Below are positions 1 through 11,458 of a DNA stretch of 64,000 nucleotides, piece after piece. Made by a program: the position numbers and the translations under genes. A model generated the notes under the pieces. That model was given only the letters and a program-made list of their open reading frames with translations, ran no database searches and was not told the DNA's origin. The DNA comes from an uncultured Candidatus Rokubacteria bacterium (GTDB lineage Bacteria > Methylomirabilota > Methylomirabilia > Rokubacteriales > CSP1-6): assembly GCA_963789955.1 (NCBI GenBank), contig CAWBMV010000001.1, positions 576,001 to 640,000 on the forward strand, given 5' to 3'. Numbering within the stretch: the first letter of the stretch is position 1; each line of letters opens with the position of its first letter.

Positions 1-27
1 CATCCGCGCCTATCTCGGGGAAGCGGC

Positions 28-738
<711 letters not shown>

Positions 739-739
739 G

Positions 740-1621
740 ATGGACATCTTCATCCAGCAGGTCGTGTCGGGCCTCGCCACCGGCGGCATCTACGCCGCCC
801 TGGCGCTCGCCCTGGTCATGATCTACCAGGCCACCGACGTCGTGAACTTCGCGCAGGGCGAGCTGGCGATGTTCGCCACGTACATCTGCTGGTCGCTGAT
901 CAACGCCGGCCTGCCCTACTGGGTCGCGTTCATCTCCACCCTGGGGATCGCGTTCGTGGGCGGCGTCGTCATCGAGCGCGTGCTGATCCGCCCGGTCGAG
1001 AACGCGCCGATCCTGTCGATCGTCATGGTCACGCTCGGGCTGCTGGTCATCTGCAACAGCGTCGCCGGCTGGATCTGGACCTACGTCCAGAAGCCGTTCC
1101 CGAGCCCGTTTCCGTCGAATCCGTTCAAGATCGACAACATCGTCTTCGGCGCCCACGACGTCGGGCAGATCCAGGTCACCCTGCTCGTGCTCCTCTGCAT
1201 CTATCTCTTCTTCCGGTTCACGCCGCTCGGCCTGGCCATGCGCGCGGCCGCGCACAACCCGGTCTCGAGCCGGCTGGTCGGAATCCGGGTGGGCTGGATG
1301 CTCGCGCTCGGCTGGGGGCTGGCCGCCGTGTTCGGCGCCGTCGCCGGGATGATGGTGGCGCCGGTCCTGACCCTCGAGCCCAATCTCATGGGCGGCGTGC
1401 AGATCTACGCCTTCGCCGCGGCCACGCTCGGCGGCTTCACGAGCCCGGGCGGGGCGGTCCTCGGCGGCTTCATCGTCGGCGTCGTCGAGAACCTGGTCGG
1501 AACCTACGTGAGCTTCATCGGCACCGAGCTCAAGTTCACGGTCGCGCTGGCGATGATCATCGTCGTCCTGCTGGTCAAGCCGACGGGGCTCTTCGGGAGC
1601 ACTGTGGTGAAGCGAGTGTGA
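740..1621 (+). CDS. livH: Branched-chain amino acid ABC transporter permease (LivH-like)
   Basis: GGIYAALALALVMIYQATDVVNFAQGE motif; hydrophobic; operonic. Confidence 0.92.
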   Translation: MDIFIQQVVSGLATGGIYAALALALVMIYQATDVVNFAQGELAMFATYICWSLINAGLPYWVAFISTLGIAFVGGVVIERVLIRPVENAPILSIVMVTLGLLVICNSVAGWIWTYVQKPFPSPFPSNPFKIDNIVFGAHDVGQIQVTLLVLLCIYLFFRFTPLGLAMRAAAHNPVSSRLVGIRVGWMLALGWGLAAVFGAVAGMMVAPVLTLEPNLMGGVQIYAFAAATLGGFTSPGGAVLGGFIVGVVENLVGTYVSFIGTELKFTVALAMIIVVLLVKPTGLFGSTVVKRV

Positions 1622-2623
1622 GCGGCTCGCGTCTGCCGCGCATCGTCGGTCTGCTGGCGCTCCTGCTGGCGGCGTGCACCTTGCCGTTCATGATGAGCAA
1701 CTTTCGACTCTTTCAGTTCTCCCAGGTCTACATCTACGCGATCGCGATCCTCGGCCTGAACATGCTGACCGGCTACAACGGCCAGTTCTCGCTGGGCCAC
1801 GGCGCGTTCTACGCGGTCGGCGCCTACACCTCCGCGATCATGATGGACCGGTGGAACATCTCCTACGCGTGGACCCTCCCGGTCGCGGGTGTGCTGTGCC
1901 TGATCGTCGGGTTCCTGTTCGGCCTGCCCGGCGCTGCGCCTCGAAGGGCTCTATCTCGCGCTGGCCACCTTCTCGCTGGCGCTGGCCGTGCCGCAGATCC
2001 TCAAGTACTTCGAGCACTGGACCGGCGGCTCGCAGGGTCTCGTGCTGAGCAAGCCCAGCGCGCCGTTCGGCCTCCACCTGAACCCCGATCAGTGGCTCTA
2101 CTTCGTGACCCTGGGTGTGCTCGTGCTCTTGTTCTGGCTCGGGTCGAATCTGCTGAAGGGGCGGATCGGGCGAGCCATCGTCGCGATCCGGGACAACCAC
2201 ATCGCCGCCGAGGCGATGGGGATCAACACCGCACTCTACAAGTCGCTGGTCTTCGGGGTCAGCGCGGCCTATACCGGAGTGGCCGGGGCGCTCTCCGCCT
2301 CCGTCATCGCCTACGTCGCGCCGGATTCCTTCAACGTGTTCCTGTCGGTGACCTTGCTGATCGGCAGCGTCATCGGCGGCCTGGCGTCGATCTCGGGCGC
2401 CGTCTTCGGAGCCCTGTTCATCCAGTTCGTGCCCAACTGGGCCCAGGACATCTCGAAAGCCGCCCCGTGGGCGATCTTCGGCGTGTTCCTGATCGGCTTC
2501 ATGTACCTCATGCCGTTTGGCATCGCCGGGGGCATCCGGCTACTCTGGATCCGGGCCACCCGGTCTCGAGTTCAACAGGAGGGGCGGAGCGCCGTCCCCA
2601 CGCAGGCCCACACAACGACCTGA
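1618..2623 (+). CDS. livM: Branched-chain amino acid ABC transporter permease (LivM-like), frameshifted near 1930
   Basis: GLNMLTGYNGQFSLGHGAF, then continues in ORF 1988..2623 (AIRDNHIAAEAMGIN); GTGA overlap with livH. Confidence 0.88.
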
Positions 2624-2637
2624 ATGGAGGAGTCTTC

Positions 2638-3859
2638 ATGAGACGTACCCGGCAACTGCTCGCCATCGTGCTCGCGCTGGGCATGGCCGCCCTGGCCACT
2701 GTCCCGGCCGGTGCCCAGACGGTGGTCGGCGTCACCGCCACCGAGATCAAGATCGGCAACACCAACCCCTACAGCGGGCCGGCCTCGGCCTACGGCACGA
2801 TCGGCAAGGTCATCGGCGCCTACTTCAAGAAGGTCAACGACGAGGGCGGCGTCAATGGGCGGAAGATCAACTACATCAGCTACGACGACGGCTACTCGCC
2901 GCCCAAGACCGTCGAGATGGTGCGCAAGCTGGTCGAGCAGGATCAGGTCGCCGCGCTCTTCCAGACCCTCGGCACGCCGCCGAACAGCGCCATCCACAAG
3001 TACATGAACCAGCAGAAGGTGCCGCACCTCTTCGTGGCCACCGGCGCCACGAAGTGGAACGACCCGCAGAACTTCCCGTGGACGATGGGCTTCCAGCCCA
3101 ACTACCAGACGGAAGGCCGCGTCTACGCGGCCGCACGTGCTCAAGAACCACCCCAACGCGAAGGTCGGGATCCTGTACCAGAACGACGACTACGGGAAGG
3201 ACTACCTGAAGGGCTTCGAGGACGGGCTCGGCGAGGCCAACAAGAAGATGATCGTGATGAGGCAGAGCTACGAGGTCACCGATCCCACCATCGACTCGCA
3301 GATCGTGAATCTCAAGAACAGCGGCGCCACCGTGTTCTTCAACATCACGATCCCGAAGTTCGCGGTCCAGGCCATCAAGAAGGCGCACGACATCGGCTGG
3401 AAGCCCGTGCACTACCTGAACAACGTGTCGAGCTCGCTGGCCACCGTGCTCAAGCCGGCCGGGCTCGAGGCCTCGAAGGATCTCATCACCGCGCTCTACA
3501 TGAAGGAAGTCACCGATCCGCAGTGGCGCAACGACAAGGGCTTCACGGACTGGGTGGCCTTCATGAAGAAGTACTACCCGGAGGGCGCCCTCGACGACCA
3601 GTCGAACGCGTACGGCTACAACGTCGCCATGCTGATGACGCACGTGCTCAAGCAGTGCGGCAACGATCTGTCGCGCGAGAACATCATGCGGCAGGCGGCC
3701 AGCCTCAAGAACGTCGAGCTGCCGCTGCTGCTGCCCGGGATCAAGGTCAACACGAGCCCGACCGACTTCGCGCCGATCGAGCAGGAGCAGCTGGCGAAGT
3801 TCAACGGCGAGAAGTGGGATCTGTTCGGAGAGCTGTTCGACGCCTTCCGCAAGAACTAG
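2638..3859 (+). CDS. Liv-type ABC substrate-binding protein, frameshifted near 3135
   Basis: GGAGGAG RBS, signal peptide, IKIGNTNPYSGPAS/DDGYSPPKT motifs; C-terminal half in ORF 3137..3859. Confidence 0.9.
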
Positions 3860-3868
3860 CGGCCGGAC

Positions 3869-3902
3869 CGGGCGGGGCGGTCGCGCGCGGCCGCCTCGCC
3901 CG
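3869..3902. terminator. 15-bp GC hairpin between convergent genes (possible bidirectional terminator)
   Basis: CGGGCGGGGCGGTCG / CGGCCGCCTCGCCCG with two G-U pairs and a 4-nt loop; no long U-tract. Confidence 0.5.
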
Positions 3903-3908
3903 CTTCAA

Positions 3909-4655
3909 TCACGCGCGTGCCACTTCTCCTTGTCCTGGCCGCTGCCGGCGCCCCGACGCCAGTACCAGATCTGAAGCTCGCGTCTGAGCCGACCGAGCAT
4001 CGGCGTTCGCGTTTCGACTCCCGGGGGCACGCGCAGGCTTCGTCTGATCGCCGGCAGCCGGACGGATCTCGGGCGGCGCCTGACCGCCGATCGCCGCCGG
4101 CGATTTCGGCTTGCGAAGCCCGAGGCTCCAGGGCCTGGACGCTGCGGTGCGCTGGGGTAGACCGCTGCTCGCCGCGTCGGTTTCGTCGATCTCGCTGACC
4201 GACGACGCGGCTCTGGGCTCGGACATGGCGGCGCCGACCGCGTAACCGGACGCCAGGACCTCCAGCGGCTCATCGGCCGAAGCGTGCGAGGACGGGGCGG
4301 CCGCGGGACGGCTGAAGAAGTGTGTCGTGTCGGCGGCGGTCACCGCCGCGACGCCGATCTCCTCGAAGTAGCGGCGGATCGGCTCGGCGTTCCCGTGGCG
4401 ATAGGCCCCGATCAGCGAGAGCGCGACCGCCGGGTGAACGCTCGCACCCGGCTCGTACGTCACCCGGCGGCCGAGCACCTTGAGATGTCCGGTCACGCGA
4501 TGGCGAAGCGTGACCTGGAAGCTCTGCGGACCCGAGCCCCAGTGGCTCGCATCGAAGCGATCCACCGGGGCGCACTCGCCGACGATCGTCCACGCTTCCG
4601 CGAATTCTCCGAGCGCGAGTGCCAGGGCTCTCTGGAAGTCCGCCTGAGCCAGCAT
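3909..4655 (-). CDS. Hypothetical protein
   Basis: Plausible globular N-terminal half, low-complexity tail (possibly frameshifted); follows the BON gene. Confidence 0.55.
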   Translation of the reverse strand: MLAQADFQRALALALGEFAEAWTIVGECAPVDRFDASHWGSGPQSFQVTLRHRVTGHLKVLGRRVTYEPGASVHPAVALSLIGAYRHGNAEPIRRYFEEIGVAAVTAADTTHFFSRPAAAPSSHASADEPLEVLASGYAVGAAMSEPRAASSVSEIDETDAASSGLPQRTAASRPWSLGLRKPKSPAAIGGQAPPEIRPAAGDQTKPARAPGSRNANADARSAQTRASDLVLASGRRQRPGQGEVARA

Positions 4656-4673
4656 GGTTCGGTGAGCGCCGAG

Positions 4674-5254
4674 CTAGCCCTTGAGGCCGAGCTCGTTTCG
4701 GACCGCCCGGACGCCGGGCACGCCGCGCACGACGTCGGACGCGTGCGACTTGACCTTCGGGTCAGACACCTTGCCTCTCAGGGTCACCACGCTGTTGTCC
4801 GAGCGCACCTTGATGTCGTAGTCCTTGAGCTGCGAATCCTTGACGAGCCGTTCGCGGATGGCGGTCGCGATCCCGTCGTCCTTCGCGTCGATCGCCTGCC
4901 GCTGATCGTCCGGAACGATCTGCAGCGCGTTGCTCACGTAGGCGACGCCCGAGATGTTGCGGGCGATGTCCTCGGCGGCCGCGCGCTCCTCGGTGCTCGA
5001 TACCTTGCCGCGCAGCATGACGGTGGCGGCCTGCGTCTCGACCGCGATGTGGCGGGCCTTCGTGCGACCGTCCGTGGTGAGCGCCAGCTTCGTCTTCGTC
5101 GTGATCCAGGAGTCCTTCATGACGCTGCCGTCGCTGCTCGCCTTGGCCGTCTCGTCAGCCTTCGCGGTTTGTGCGGGCTCGGCGACTGGGCCATCAGCAC
5201 GGTCGGCGGCAGCATCAGGGTGATCGTGGCCAGGATCAGCAGTACCCGTCTCAT
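4674..5254 (-). CDS. Periplasmic double BON-domain protein (OsmY-like), frameshifted near 5165
   Basis: DSWITTKTKLAL and VVTLRG BON repeats; signal peptide MRRVLLILATITLML from ATG 5254 with GGAGGAG RBS. Confidence 0.85.
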
Positions 5255-5308
5255 GGCGTTGTCTCCTCCGTTTTCGGCCGCTTTTATGGAAGGCTCCAGA
5301 GGGGATTG

Positions 5309-5324
5309 AGCACGGGCGGTGCCA
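5309..5324 (-). promoter_or_regulatory. Sigma-54 (-24/-12) promoter upstream of the BON gene
   Basis: Minus strand reads TGGCACCGCCCGTGCT = GG-N10-GC. Confidence 0.65.
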
Positions 5325-5474
5325 TGAGCGCGGCGGGCAAGAACGTCACAAAATCAGTCGACTAACGGGGCCTCGGGATGGCCAGAGTGGCAACGTCGTG
5401 CGAGGCGGGCAATCGCCTTGACCCTCGAAGCGGCCGCCGCTACGCTCTCGGCCGTGAATCGCGGAAGGAGCATC

Positions 5475-5855
5475 GTGACGGCGGAGCGGTTCGCGCAGGG
5501 TCTGACCTTCGAGCAGTACGTCGCGTACACCGGGACTCCCGAGAACCTCGCCCGCGAGGCCGGCTGGTGGCTGGGCCGCCGGCGAGTGGATTTCAGCGGT
5601 GTTCTCCGCCAGTGGTACGACCGGGCGCTCTACCGGTACTTCGAGTTCCCGGCGATCTATCACAAGATGCGCCTGGCCGAGGCGATGCAGGTGGCCAAGC
5701 CCGGGGAGAACCGCGAGCAGGCCTGGGATCGCTTCATCCGCGACTGGCGTGCGCTCCAGGAGTCGCCGTTCTTCCCGATGTGGGCGAGCGCGGCCGTCGA
5801 CGAGATGCTCTCGGCGCTCCACGAGCGGATGGTCGTCGGACCCGGTCCGGCTTGA
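5475..5855 (+). CDS. Hypothetical protein resembling an internally deleted thioredoxin-family protein
   Basis: AAGGAG then GTG 5475 (start uncertain); TAERFAQGLTFEQY N-terminus; contains no Cys. Confidence 0.5.
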   Translation: MTAERFAQGLTFEQYVAYTGTPENLAREAGWWLGRRRVDFSGVLRQWYDRALYRYFEFPAIYHKMRLAEAMQVAKPGENREQAWDRFIRDWRALQESPFFPMWASAAVDEMLSALHERMVVGPGPA

Positions 5856-5919
5856 CGGCGCGCCCGCGGCTGGCGCAGGATGGCGCGATGCGAGCGGGGC
5901 CTCGCCGCTCGCCGACTCC

Positions 5920-7101
5920 ATGATCACGGACACGGTACCGGAAGCGACCACGCCGTTGGCGATTGCCCGCGCGCTGGCGCCGCGCATCCGCGAGCGCGCC
6001 GCCGAGATCGAAGCCACCCGACAGCTTCCTCGCGAGCTGGTCCTGGAGATCGCCAGCGCCCGGCTCTTCAGAGTCGCGCTGCCGGAGGCCGAAGGCGGGC
6101 TCGGCGCCGACGTCCTGACGACCTTGCACGTCATCGAAGAGGTCGCGCGCGCCGACGGCTCGACGGGCTGGTGCCTGGCGATGGGGATCAACACCCTGCG
6201 GCAGAGCGCGCAGTTCGCGCCGGAGGTGCGCCGCGAGATCTTCTTCAGCGATCCGATCGGGATCTCGGCCGGGTCGGCGAATCCGCGCGGGCGCGCCGTC
6301 GCCGCGCCGGGCGGCTACCGCGTCACCGGCCACTGGTTCTTCGCCAGCGGCTGCATGCACTCCTCGGCGCTCCACGGCGCGTGCAAGGTCTTCGACGGCG
6401 ACAAGCCGCGCCTGCGGCCCAACGGCGACCAGGAGATCCGGATCGCCTACTTCTATCCGAAGACGCTCGCGCGCATCGTCGACACCTGGGACGTGAGCGG
6501 GCTGCGGGGCACCGGCAGTCACGACATCGAGGTCGAGGACCTCTTCGTGCCCGAGGAGCGGACGTTCTCGGCGCTCGATCTGCGGGCGCGAGTCACCGGT
6601 CCGATGAATCGCATGCACGGATTCGATCTGGCCGGGTGCGGCTTCTGCTGCGTGGGGCTCGGCGTCGCCCGCGCCGCGATCGACGCGTTCGTCGAGCTGG
6701 CGCAGATCAAGGTGCCGCGGTCGTCGTCGGAGCTCCTGCGTGATCGCGCGCTCGTGCAGGCCAAGATCGGCGAGGCGGAAGCGATCTTGAGGTCGGGCCG
6801 CGCGCTCCTGTTCGACATCGTGGGCGAGATGTGGCAGACCGCGGTGGCCGCGCGGCCGATCACCGAGCGCCAGCGCGCGGATCTCCGCCTGGCGATGACG
6901 CACGCGGCCCAGAGCGCGGCCACGGCGACCCACATGGTCTGCGCCACCGCCGGGACCACGTCGATCTTCACCTCGAGCCCTCTCGAGCGCTACGCGCGCG
7001 ACGCCGAGGTGGTCACCCGTCACAACCAGCTGCAGTTCGTGAACTACGAGGCGGTCGGACGCACCGTGCTCGGGCTCGAGTCGAACAGCCCTCTCTTCTA
7101 G
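5920..7101 (+). CDS. Acyl-CoA dehydrogenase-fold flavin-dependent monooxygenase (HsaA-like)
   Basis: ADGSTGWC, GHWFFASGC, DTWDVSGLRGTGSHD, PLERYARD motifs. Confidence 0.85.
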   Translation: MITDTVPEATTPLAIARALAPRIRERAAEIEATRQLPRELVLEIASARLFRVALPEAEGGLGADVLTTLHVIEEVARADGSTGWCLAMGINTLRQSAQFAPEVRREIFFSDPIGISAGSANPRGRAVAAPGGYRVTGHWFFASGCMHSSALHGACKVFDGDKPRLRPNGDQEIRIAYFYPKTLARIVDTWDVSGLRGTGSHDIEVEDLFVPEERTFSALDLRARVTGPMNRMHGFDLAGCGFCCVGLGVARAAIDAFVELAQIKVPRSSSELLRDRALVQAKIGEAEAILRSGRALLFDIVGEMWQTAVAARPITERQRADLRLAMTHAAQSAATATHMVCATAGTTSIFTSSPLERYARDAEVVTRHNQLQFVNYEAVGRTVLGLESNSPLF

Positions 7102-7122
7102 TCCGCTCCACGTCCTCGTCCG

Positions 7123-7530
7123 CTACACGTTGAAGCGTCCGCGGAGCTGGCTGAGCGACGCGGTCAACGGCGTCTCGGAGTCGACCTGACCCTTCGGCGT
7201 GAGATGGTCGATCAGCGCCGGAAGCAGAATCGCGAGCCCCGCCGACGCCGATTCCGAGCTGAGATTGAACTGCTCGCCCAGGGCGCGCACGGTGCCCTGG
7301 CCGAACACCTGCGAGAACTGCTCGGCCGAGAGCGGCAGGTTCTGCCCGGTGCCCACCCACGAGCTGGCCTCGCGACTGAGCCCCGCGTCGGTGAACTGCT
7401 GGACCAGTCCGCCGAGCCCGCCGGGATGGCCCTGGATGAGCGCGGTGGCGAGATCCAGGAGCGCGTTGCGCCGCTGGCCGCCCGAGGGTTGGCCGGTGAG
7501 ACGACCAAGTACCTGGTCGAGAAGTCTCAT
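7123..7530 (-). CDS. YidB/DUF937 family protein
   Basis: GGLGGLVQQF, SWVGTGQNLP, LPALIDHLTPKG; GGAGG RBS. Confidence 0.85.
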   Translation of the reverse strand: MRLLDQVLGRLTGQPSGGQRRNALLDLATALIQGHPGGLGGLVQQFTDAGLSREASSWVGTGQNLPLSAEQFSQVFGQGTVRALGEQFNLSSESASAGLAILLPALIDHLTPKGQVDSETPLTASLSQLRGRFNV

Positions 7531-7756
7531 GGTGACCTCCAAGTGTCGAGCTCGTGCGAGCCGACGGTAAAACTACCTGGAGGTGTCCACCATGGGACCT
7601 TCGGCCCAGGGACTTTGGGCCGGACGGCGCGCGACTCCGAGCGCACCGCGGCTCGCCGCTCGCCGCTCGTCACCGCCCGTGTGATACCCTGCGCGCGGGT
7701 TTTGGACTTTGGTCTCCGGCGCGCGCGCGCCGCGCGCCGACGTCTTGGAGGGCACG

Positions 7757-8830
7757 ATGAGCACTCGCCGTGAGTTCGTCGAGGAAACCGCCAGCGGAGT
7801 GGCCGGCATCGCCTTCGTCGGCTGCAATCTCGCCGCCGCCACGCCGGCCCAAGCGCAGACGCGCCGCCGCGAGGTCGTCGTGAACGGCCGGCGCGTCAAG
7901 ACGGTCGACGTCCACGCGCACTGCGCCGTCCCCGAGGCGATGGCGCTGATGGGGCGTAAGGTCGAGCCGCAGACGTTGCTGATGACGCGGCCCACGGACC
8001 GGATCCAGGCGATGGACGAGCAGGGCATCGACGTCGAGGCGCTGAGCATCAATCCCTACTGGTACAAGGCCGACCGTGACGTCGCGCGCGAGCTGATCCG
8101 CATCCAGAACGAAAAGCTCGCCGAAGCCTGCGCGGCGCACCCCGAGCGGTTCGTCGCGTTCGCGTCGGTGGCGCTGCAGCATCCCGAGCTCGCGGCCGAG
8201 CAGCTCGAAGACGGCGTCAAGAAGTACGGCCTGCGCGGCGCCGGGATCGGCGGCAGCGTCAACGGCGAGGATCTGTCCGACCCGAAGTTCCATCCGTTCT
8301 GGGCCAAGGCCGAGCAGCTGGGCGTGCTGATCTTCATTCACCCGCAGGGAGACGGCGCGGCGTCCGATCTCCGGAGCCGGCTGAAGGGCAGCGGCGGGCT
8401 CGACAACGCGATCGGCAACCCGCTCGAGACCACGATCGCGCTCTCGCATCTGATCTTCGAGGGCACGCTCGACCACTTTCCCGGGCTGAAGATCTGCGCG
8501 GCGCACGGCGGCGGCTACCTGCCGTCCTACGCGGACCGATCCGACGCGATCTGCGTCACGTTCCCCAACCGGTGCACCACGCCGCTCAAGAAGAAGCCGA
8601 CCGAGTACCTCCGGCAGCTCTACTTCGACTCGCTCGTCTTCACGCCCGAGGCGCTGCGACACCTGGTGGCCCAGACGGGCTCGGGCCAGATCGTGATGGG
8701 CACGGACTATCCGTACCCGTGGACGACGACCTCGGTCGATCACATCCTCGGCACGCCGGGCTTGAGCGACGCCGAGCGCGTGGCGATGCTCGGCGGAACG
8801 GCCGCGAAGCTGCTCGGGATCAAAGGCTGA
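7757..8830 (+). CDS. Amidohydrolase_2 family protein (ACMSD-like) with Tat signal
   Basis: STRREF twin-arginine leader; DVHAH, FIHP, AHGGG, MGTDYPY motifs. Confidence 0.88.
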   Translation: MSTRREFVEETASGVAGIAFVGCNLAAATPAQAQTRRREVVVNGRRVKTVDVHAHCAVPEAMALMGRKVEPQTLLMTRPTDRIQAMDEQGIDVEALSINPYWYKADRDVARELIRIQNEKLAEACAAHPERFVAFASVALQHPELAAEQLEDGVKKYGLRGAGIGGSVNGEDLSDPKFHPFWAKAEQLGVLIFIHPQGDGAASDLRSRLKGSGGLDNAIGNPLETTIALSHLIFEGTLDHFPGLKICAAHGGGYLPSYADRSDAICVTFPNRCTTPLKKKPTEYLRQLYFDSLVFTPEALRHLVAQTGSGQIVMGTDYPYPWTTTSVDHILGTPGLSDAERVAMLGGTAAKLLGIKG

Positions 8831-8842
8831 CGCGGGACCGCG

Positions 8843-10688
8843 TCAGTTTCGGGTCGGCTGCGCCCTGCGCTGCGCGATCCACTCGTCGATGCGCGCGTCC
8901 AGCATGTCGAGCGGCAGGGCGCCGTCGGCCAGCACGGCGTCGTGGAAGAGACGCAGATCGAAGCGCGTGCCGAGCTCGCGCGCGGCGCGCGCTCGGAGCT
9001 CGAGGAACTTGCGCTGCCCGATCTTGTAGGAGAGCGCCTGACCCGGCGAGACGATGTAGCGGTCGATCTCGACGGCGATCTCCTGCTCTGACTTGGCCGA
9101 GTTGGCCTTGAAGTAATCGATCGCCTGCTGCCGGCTCCAGCCGAAGGCATGGATGCCGGTGTCGACGACGAGCCGGATCGCGCGCCACATCTGATAGTTG
9201 AGCGCGCCGAAGTGCGCGTACGGATCCTTGTAGAAGCCCATGTCGTAGCCGAGCGTCTCGGCGTAGAGTCCCCAGCCTTCACTGAAGGCGTCGTACCCGC
9301 CGTGTCTCCTGAAGTCCGGGAAGATCCGTCTGCTCCTGGGCCAGCGCGATCTGCAGATGATGCCCGGGCACGGCCTCGTGGAGCACCAGGGCTTCCATCT
9401 CCCACTTGGGGCGCGTGCTCACGGCGGAGAGATTCGCGTAGAAATAGCCGGGCCGGCCCGCGGCCAGCGATCCACCCTCGTAGGCGCCGGCGGTCCGGGA
9501 CGCGGCGGAGGCCTCGGGCATCGCGATCACGCCGTAGGGCAGGCGCGGGAGGCGGCCGAAGAGCTTGATCACTTCGGGGTCGGCGCGCTTGGCGATCTCT
9601 CGATAGCCGGCCAGGAGGTCTTCCGGCCGGGAGTAGAAAAACCGCGGATCGCTTCGCACGAACGCGAAGAACGCTGCGAGGTCACGGTCGAAGCCTGTCG
9701 AGCGCACGACCCGCTCCATCTCGGCGCGGATCGTCTTGACCTCGTCGAGGCCGATCTCGTGAATCTGCTTCGGCGTCAGCCGCGTGGTCGTCGAGGAGGC
9801 GACCGCATAGGCGTACCAGGCCTGGCCGTCGGGCAGGGCGGTGGCCGCCAGCGACTCGCGGCAGTGGGGCACGTACTCGGTCGCGAGAAAGTCGCGGAAC
9901 CGGCGGAAGGCCGGCACCACCTGCGCCGTGAGCACCGTCGCCGCGTCGGCCTTCAGCGCATCACGCCGGTCCGCCGGAATCGACGCGGGCATCGAGCGGA
10001 AGGCCGCGAGGAACGGGCTCTTCGCGGGATCCTCGATGAGGATCGCGCCGGTCTGAGCCGGAACGTCGCGCAGGGTGATTTTCGGCGGTGTGATCCCGCG
10101 CCGGAGCCCTTCCTTCATCAGCGCGATCGTCTGATCGACCAGCACGGGCGCGCCGCGCAGGCGGCTCAGAATGGCCTCGTAGTCCGCCTCGGTGCTCGCG
10201 GGCATTTGCTCGCCGAGCATTTGCGGCACGCTCTGCTGGATCCCGCCGAGCTGATTCACGGGCATCAGCTCCCAGGGAAACCGGCGGCCCTCGAGCCGCT
10301 CCTCGACCTGGCGCCGGAAGAGATCGTAGTTGAGGCGGTCGGCCGGAGAGAGCGCCGCGCGATTGATCGAGGCGAGCGCCTTCGCGGGCAGCTCGAGGGC
10401 GGCCTTGCGCCGCGCGATGGCGTCCGGAGCGTGATCCGTCCAGCGGTCGTTCTGACCCCGGATACCGACGTAGGTGGCGTACTCCGGGAACTCCTGCATG
10501 ACGTAGTCGGTGCGAATCTGAAACAGTCGATGGAGCCGCTCCGCGTCGGGACGTTTGCCGGCGTCGGCGATCACGGCTTCGACGCCGGCCGCGAGCGATT
10601 CGGACGGCGTGGCGAGCGCGGGACCAGGAGCCGAGAAGAGCACGAGGACAATCGCCACACCGAGCCCCGCGAACACGCCGGCGATCAT
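8843..10688 (-). CDS. DUF885 family secreted metallopeptidase-like protein, frameshifted near 9310
   Basis: HEAVPGHHLQ, then EGW..YAE, RAIRLVVDTGIH, PGQALSYKIG; signal peptide; start uncertain (10688 or 10745). Confidence 0.88.
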
Positions 10689-10741
10689 CCGTCTACCGCC
10701 GCCTGCCTCCTGCCCCGCGCGGAGCGCGACGCCGACCGCGA

Positions 10742-11458
10742 TCACACCCTGCGCTGGAGGAAGTCGGTCACGATCGGCCAGGTGAGATCGGCGTAGTGAG
10801 GCTGGAAGCCATCGTTGTCGGGGTGACGGAAACCGTGGTTCGCGTCCGAGAAGGCGTGCCACTCGACGGGCTGACCGTTTGCCATGAAGCTTTCCCAGAG
10901 CGGACCCTGGATCGCCGGCGTCGCGATGAAGTCCTTGCCGCCGCAGAACACCAGCGCGGCGCACTTGAGCGTGCGCGCGAGCTTGAACGCGTGCCGCGGC
11001 CGGTGGGACGTCTCGGGCTCGTCGCGGACCGAAGGGTAATAGAGGACGAGCGCGCGCAGCCGCGGATGATCGGCCGCGAAGGGAATGAGCAACCGGCCGC
11101 CCATGCAGTGCCCGATCGCGGCGGTGCGCGCGGGATCGGAGCCCATTCGATCGACGAGGTACTGCCAGGCCTCGTCCATCTTGCCGAGGAACTCGACGTC
11201 GGAGTGCTTGGATTGCAGCTCGGCGCCCTGGCCGATGTGCGTCGTTCCCGGAACGCCGAACATGTTGAAGAGGCTCGGCACGAGCACGTTGAAGCCGAGC
11301 TGCGCGAGCCGATAGGCATCGATCTTGTAGTCGGCCGTGACGCCGTGCGCGTGATGGACCATCATGATCCCCGCGCGCTTCCCGGGCCCCTCGGGATGCG
11401 CCATGTAGCCGGGAATCCCGTCGTGCTCGAGCGTGACCATGCGCGCGACGATCGTCAT
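10742..11458 (-). CDS. Dienelactone hydrolase family protein (in frame with the upstream TauD domain)
   Basis: GHCMGG nucleophile elbow, GKDF, ANHGF; internal ATG at 11458. Confidence 0.85.
   Translation of the reverse strand: MTIVARMVTLEHDGIPGYMAHPEGPGKRAGIMMVHHAHGVTADYKIDAYRLAQLGFNVLVPSLFNMFGVPGTTHIGQGAELQSKHSDVEFLGKMDEAWQYLVDRMGSDPARTAAIGHCMGGRLLIPFAADHPRLRALVLYYPSVRDEPETSHRPRHAFKLARTLKCAALVFCGGKDFIATPAIQGPLWESFMANGQPVEWHAFSDANHGFRHPDNDGFQPHYADLTWPIVTDFLQRRV

Noticed and set aside
1618..3987. 789-aa LivM/substrate-binding fusion ORF
   Set aside because: Chimera caused by frameshifts; the binding protein has its own RBS and ATG at 2638
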